Below are positions 59,634 to 64,000 of a stretch of DNA of 64,000 nt, one piece after another. Positions within the stretch are counted from its first letter, which is position 1, and every line of letters starts with the position of its first letter. Under the pieces are notes generated by a model. That model ran no database searches. It worked only from the letters and a program-made list of their open reading frames with translations, and was not told the DNA's origin. This DNA comes from Yuukianura sp. NJ FZ-2021. Its lineage: Eukaryota. The translations under genes and the position numbers were made by a program. The stretch spans positions 3,658,001 through 3,722,000 of the forward strand of contig CM102289.1 in assembly GCA_046563655.1 (NCBI GenBank). Reading direction: 5' to 3'.

Positions 59634-60717
59634 CTTTTCGAAACTAGAACTTATTTCTTTTGGTTTATCCATGTTGATGTCGATATCCGCAAACACGCAC
59701 GTACAGACGCACCGTGATTTCACTTTTAATGAGTCGTAACCGCCTGCATCTATAAACCTCTTTTGTCGTTTCTTTCTTAACCTTATTCGGAACTGTAGGC
59801 GACGAAATTATACGTCCTATACTCTTTTCAGTTTTTTGGTCATCTATTATGACGGGTTAATCTTAAGGAACGAAAAAAGTGATGCCAACGAAGAAATAAT
59901 TTTTAAATTACTCGTTTTAGTTACTCGTGTTTAGTATTCAAATTAATTACGAGCAATAAATATTCATTAAGCTAGTTGTTAGTTCTGGATTATTGATGTG
60001 ATTATTGGCGTTGTTATGATTTTAATTCGTGTTATCGCATTGAACACTTTTGCATTTGAACGTAATTTGGAATTTGAAAACAATTCCAATTTGTCAAAGG
60101 TTTCAGTCAAAACAAAGCAATCCAGAAAGAATTTCATAATTCATACTGCACATAACTTTTCATTAAACTTTACATTAAATTGCACAGTAGGACCTCTCAT
60201 TCCGTAACGTTTTGGTGATTTGCTGCCTTGTATAAAATGTTTCGCATTTAAATTTGATACCGTACGGTATCAAATTCTAACAAATATTAAATAGTTGATT
60301 AACCCATTTCATTTGGTTTGTTGTTGACAAATCAAATCGCTCAAAATGTTCAACTTTTACGATTTTCACTGTCCAGGAGCGGCGGAATTAAAAGTTACTG
60401 TTTGAGGAGTTCTACTGTACTTCAATCAGACAGAATTCGATCCAATAGGTGGTTATTATTCAAGTACTCAGAAACTAGGGAACAAAATGCAATAGCAATT
60501 AAGCTATTAAATCACAGAGCTATTAAGTTTCAATATCAACGTGTATTGTAGTAAACTAGTTCTACAAATTACATCCAACGATCCAACTACTCTACTTGCT
60601 AACGAAACAAGGAAATATAGTTCGTTAACGAAGAAGAATATAACATAAAAATACTTTACCTTATTATGTATAATATCATTTCCAAAGAGTACGCATCATT
60701 AGTAGTGTGATTACCAT

Positions 60718-61924
60718 TTACTTAATTTCGTCTGAAATTAAACTGGATTGTCTTGGAATATCATTGGATGAAAGGCGAGCAAACTCCGTGTTCATCAAAT
60801 CCCTTGTCTTGGTTACAAGCTCGTTGACATCAGTTATGTCCGAGGTAGGGATTGGTGGGAGAATGGACACTGTGAGCTTCCCTGGCGAAATAAAAAAAAA
60901 GTAAGGTAATTACTAGTCTGTGTCACGCCAAAAATTTCAAAACTAATTGTCAATTTAGCCTCGTGTTGCGTAAGATGTTGGGAACATGAATGATGCAAGA
61001 ATGAGATACTTTAATGCTTACCTTGTCCAAATGCTTCTTTGGTATCGTCAATGAAAGTATAGGGCGAAATGACAATTGGTTGTATAGGTAACTTCTCTTG
61101 TAACGCAATGTGGAATGCTCCCTTCTTGAACGGCAGCAGCTCTTCGCCTTTGTATCGTGTCCCTTCCGGAAATATCCAGAGTTTCGTCTAAATTTTTCCA
61201 AAAATCACGACATTAACTTAGAAATTACACATGTATGGAGCTATGATGTTGTGATCAAGTTGAAAGTTGTGTACTAAATAAGACCTTTTCCTTGTGGAAT
61301 ACTTCTGCCGTTTCGCTTAGCTGAGCAAGTGACTTCGTTCCTTTCGACCGATCGATAAATACAGTTCCACAAAGCCAAGCACACAATCCGAATGGGAAAA
61401 TATAAATAAGTTCTTTCTTGCATACCCCAGCACATCTTCTTGGCCAAACCATGGACATCGCTGTAATGAACGAAAAAGAATAAAAAAACGAAGCTTTCTA
61501 CTAATCGAGTTGATTAATACAATGCTTACCCAAAGTGTCAAGAATGCTTTGATGGTTGCAGACAATTATAGCTGCTTCGTCTTTCACAAGAAATTCCGTT
61601 CCAGTAACTTCGTATCTGATCCCCAGAATTTTAGCAGCATACTTGAGGAATAGCGTGATATATCTACAAAAAAGGCAAAAGTTAGATTAGTTCTGTAAAT
61701 TCCAATAAGTCCTTTTGCTCATGAACTTACAAAGTGTTTTCGACGTTTCCTGGTTGAAAGATGCTGAAGGGTATGCAGAGGAGACATACAGAAGAAAGGT
61801 AAAAGACGTAGAAGCAGAATTTCAAACGATACTGGAACTTTGGAAAGTCTTCGTACAAGACGACGGTGACAACGAGTATTAGCATTAAAATGAAAAGTGT
61901 TGCCAACCATAGTAGTGTCCCCAT
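60718..61924 (-). CDS. 1-acyl-sn-glycerol-3-phosphate acyltransferase (AGPAT1/2-like)
   Basis: Exons 61924-61731, 61663-61530, 61460-61285, 61187-61022, 60881-60718. NHQSILD, FIDR, FPEGTR and PFKKGAF motifs; N-terminal TM segments. Confidence 0.93.
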
Positions 61925-62773
61925 CGTGATTCAGGATTCCTGAATACTTGAATTATTAAATTCCAGTCCCACTTCCTCTTCCAGCAGCTGGAAAATGATT
62001 AACTGCCTTGGATCCTCCTGCCAGGAGTCCTGTAACAAGAATCAGAACACCAAAAAATTAAAAAATACATGGACACGAAACTAGTTACTGCACTGTTTCA
62101 CTAACTTCAGCAATAAAATGAGTCACAATCACAATTCACAAACTTACCAGCCTTGAAACGCAAAAAGTCTTCATCGTCAGCATGAGCACATTATTATCTT
62201 GCCAAAACAAAAAAATCAGAGAGATTATGAGAGAACCACTACCACAACTTCATTCAACTAACAAACTTATACCGAGGCGAGGTGGGCTGGGTTCCTCTGA
62301 AGAGCATCACGGATAGTGTGGAGTACAGTACAACCTGCGAGAAAAATTCTGAATGTAATAACCACTGGTTTGCTTGACCCTAAAGTTCAGTCATGTCAAG
62401 GTCAACCCAGAAATTACACAGAAATCTTTCAGCAATAAGATCATAAGAATACATCGCGTTTGAGATTACCAAAAACAATGTAACCAGATTTAATTAACCA
62501 ATAAAAAGTAATTCAATAAACAAAACTGTTAAAAATATCCTCCGTTTCAGGGGAATCGTGGGACCATCCCAAAATACCTAATGTCAGAGGAATAGTTGGT
62601 CCGCTGCCTGGAGTTTCTGAATTATCAGGAGATTAGTAGCACGTGCTCCAAACAGCTGTTTGTTTTGGTTTTGTTTTTGCCAACATTGTTTTAAATCTTT
62701 ACTTAAGTGTTTAGCAGTTCATAACGAGTTGTTTGTATTTGTTTCGCTAGTGTAGCAAATCAGGAGATTTGGT

Positions 62774-64000
62774 ATGCAGATAAGCGTTTACCTGGTTATT
62801 TATATTGTGTTGCTGTCGTCAGCGGCTAAAGGAAGAAATGATCGGGATGTGGAACCGGCAGTAGGAGAAACTGATGCCCGGAATGGCACTGTAAAGGACA
62901 CCAATACAACTAGAATTTCAACCCTACCGATTTTTATTATCCTGTCCATGGATGGATTTCGCTACGATTATTTTACAAAAGCCGATACGCCTAACCTGAA
63001 TTGGGTGAAAGAACATGGAGTATTTGCACCCTATATGAAGGTTACTTCAGATTTCAGCAACTATCGATTCATGATGACCAATCAATGTCTCCTTAGACGT
63101 CCTTATAACTAATATGTTTTATTACTTATATAGCCACAATTCCCAACGAAAACTTTTCCGAATCATCACTCCATATCTACCGGCCTTCATCCTGAATCAC
63201 ACGGAGTTATTGACAATGTATTGTTTGATCCTCTTTTCAATGAAACGTTGGGAGTCAAAGATGAGAAATTTTGGGTGTACAGCCCGGATGTTGTTCCGCT
63301 TTGGGTACCTTGCATGTTGTATAATTACTAATTTATTTTGGAAAAAACGTCGTCCTCCACTGCTCCACTAAATAATGACAGTAATTTTATTGTGTTTCTC
63401 AAAGGTGTTGAATGAATTGAGCGGTGGGGTGTCCGGAACGATGATGTACCCAGGATCTTTGTATGGATATGGGCACAGCAAGACCAAGGCCAGCTACATT
63501 GTCGATTATAATCCGTCAATTCCATTTAACTCGAGGGTGGACACCGTTTTAACATGGATCACTCATGAAACAAAACCCGCCAATTTAGTATTCTGCTACT
63601 TTGAAGAGCCGGATGAGTATGGCCACGGATTTGGCCCCGACTCAATCGAAGTAAAGACGTCTATAGAACGAGTGGACAACGTCACTGGCTACCTGATCAG
63701 TAAATTGAGGGAACTCAATATTTTGGACCAGGTGAATCTAGTCTTCCTAAGTGATCATGGATTTGAAAATGTTCAGCAAAGCCATATCATCAACATATCA
63801 AGTCTTGTCAACCCTAAGAGATATAAATTCGACGGTGGATCACCAAACTATCTGATTTATCCACAAGGTAGCAATTGATTAAATTTTTTACTTTCCTCAT
63901 TTTATCCCAGCGTTTAAACGCTATTTGTTTTTATCAGAAGGTGAGGAGATTAATCCGTTATATGATGACTTGAAGCGGGCATCGATCGGAAACAATTTTT
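62774..64000 (+). CDS. Ectonucleotide pyrophosphatase/phosphodiesterase (ENPP4/5-like), 3' end outside window
   Basis: Exons 62774-63040, 63134-63304, 63405-63867, 63938->. Signal peptide, LSMDGFRYDY, catalytic TKTFPNH, EEPDEYGH, LSDHG. Confidence 0.93.

Overview
Eukaryotic, AT-rich, intron-rich animal DNA with mostly 55-110 nt GT-AG introns. Gene content (intronless divergent IR-like receptor, HERC1, Rab33, TTAGG-like tracts) suggests a non-dipteran arthropod, plausibly a springtail (inference). Genes in order: 3' part of a Cys/Pro-rich protein ending in a C-type-lectin-like tail (+); an orphan AKAP-like gene (+); a ~20 kb HERC1-type E3 ligase (-); KAT8/MOF (-); a TXNDC5-like three-thioredoxin protein (+); an IR-like receptor (-); Rab33 (+); AGPAT (-); 5' part of an ENPP4/5-like gene (+). 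HERC1 appears to lack both RLD1 and the WD40 domain, has its catalytic Cys codon beginning on a frame-preserving 21-nt microexon, hosts a U3 snoRNA in one intron and has an unexplained ~300-nt multi-stem element in its last intron. One TXNDC5 intron holds a Helitron-like element with a 19-bp satellite, plus a full-length LINE with a 13-bp TSD, a 26-bp repeat array in its 5' UTR, and ORF1/ORF2 in frame across a single UGA. Several MITEs, some nested, are present. All gene models were built by eye and all homology calls come from remembered family motifs, not from searches.
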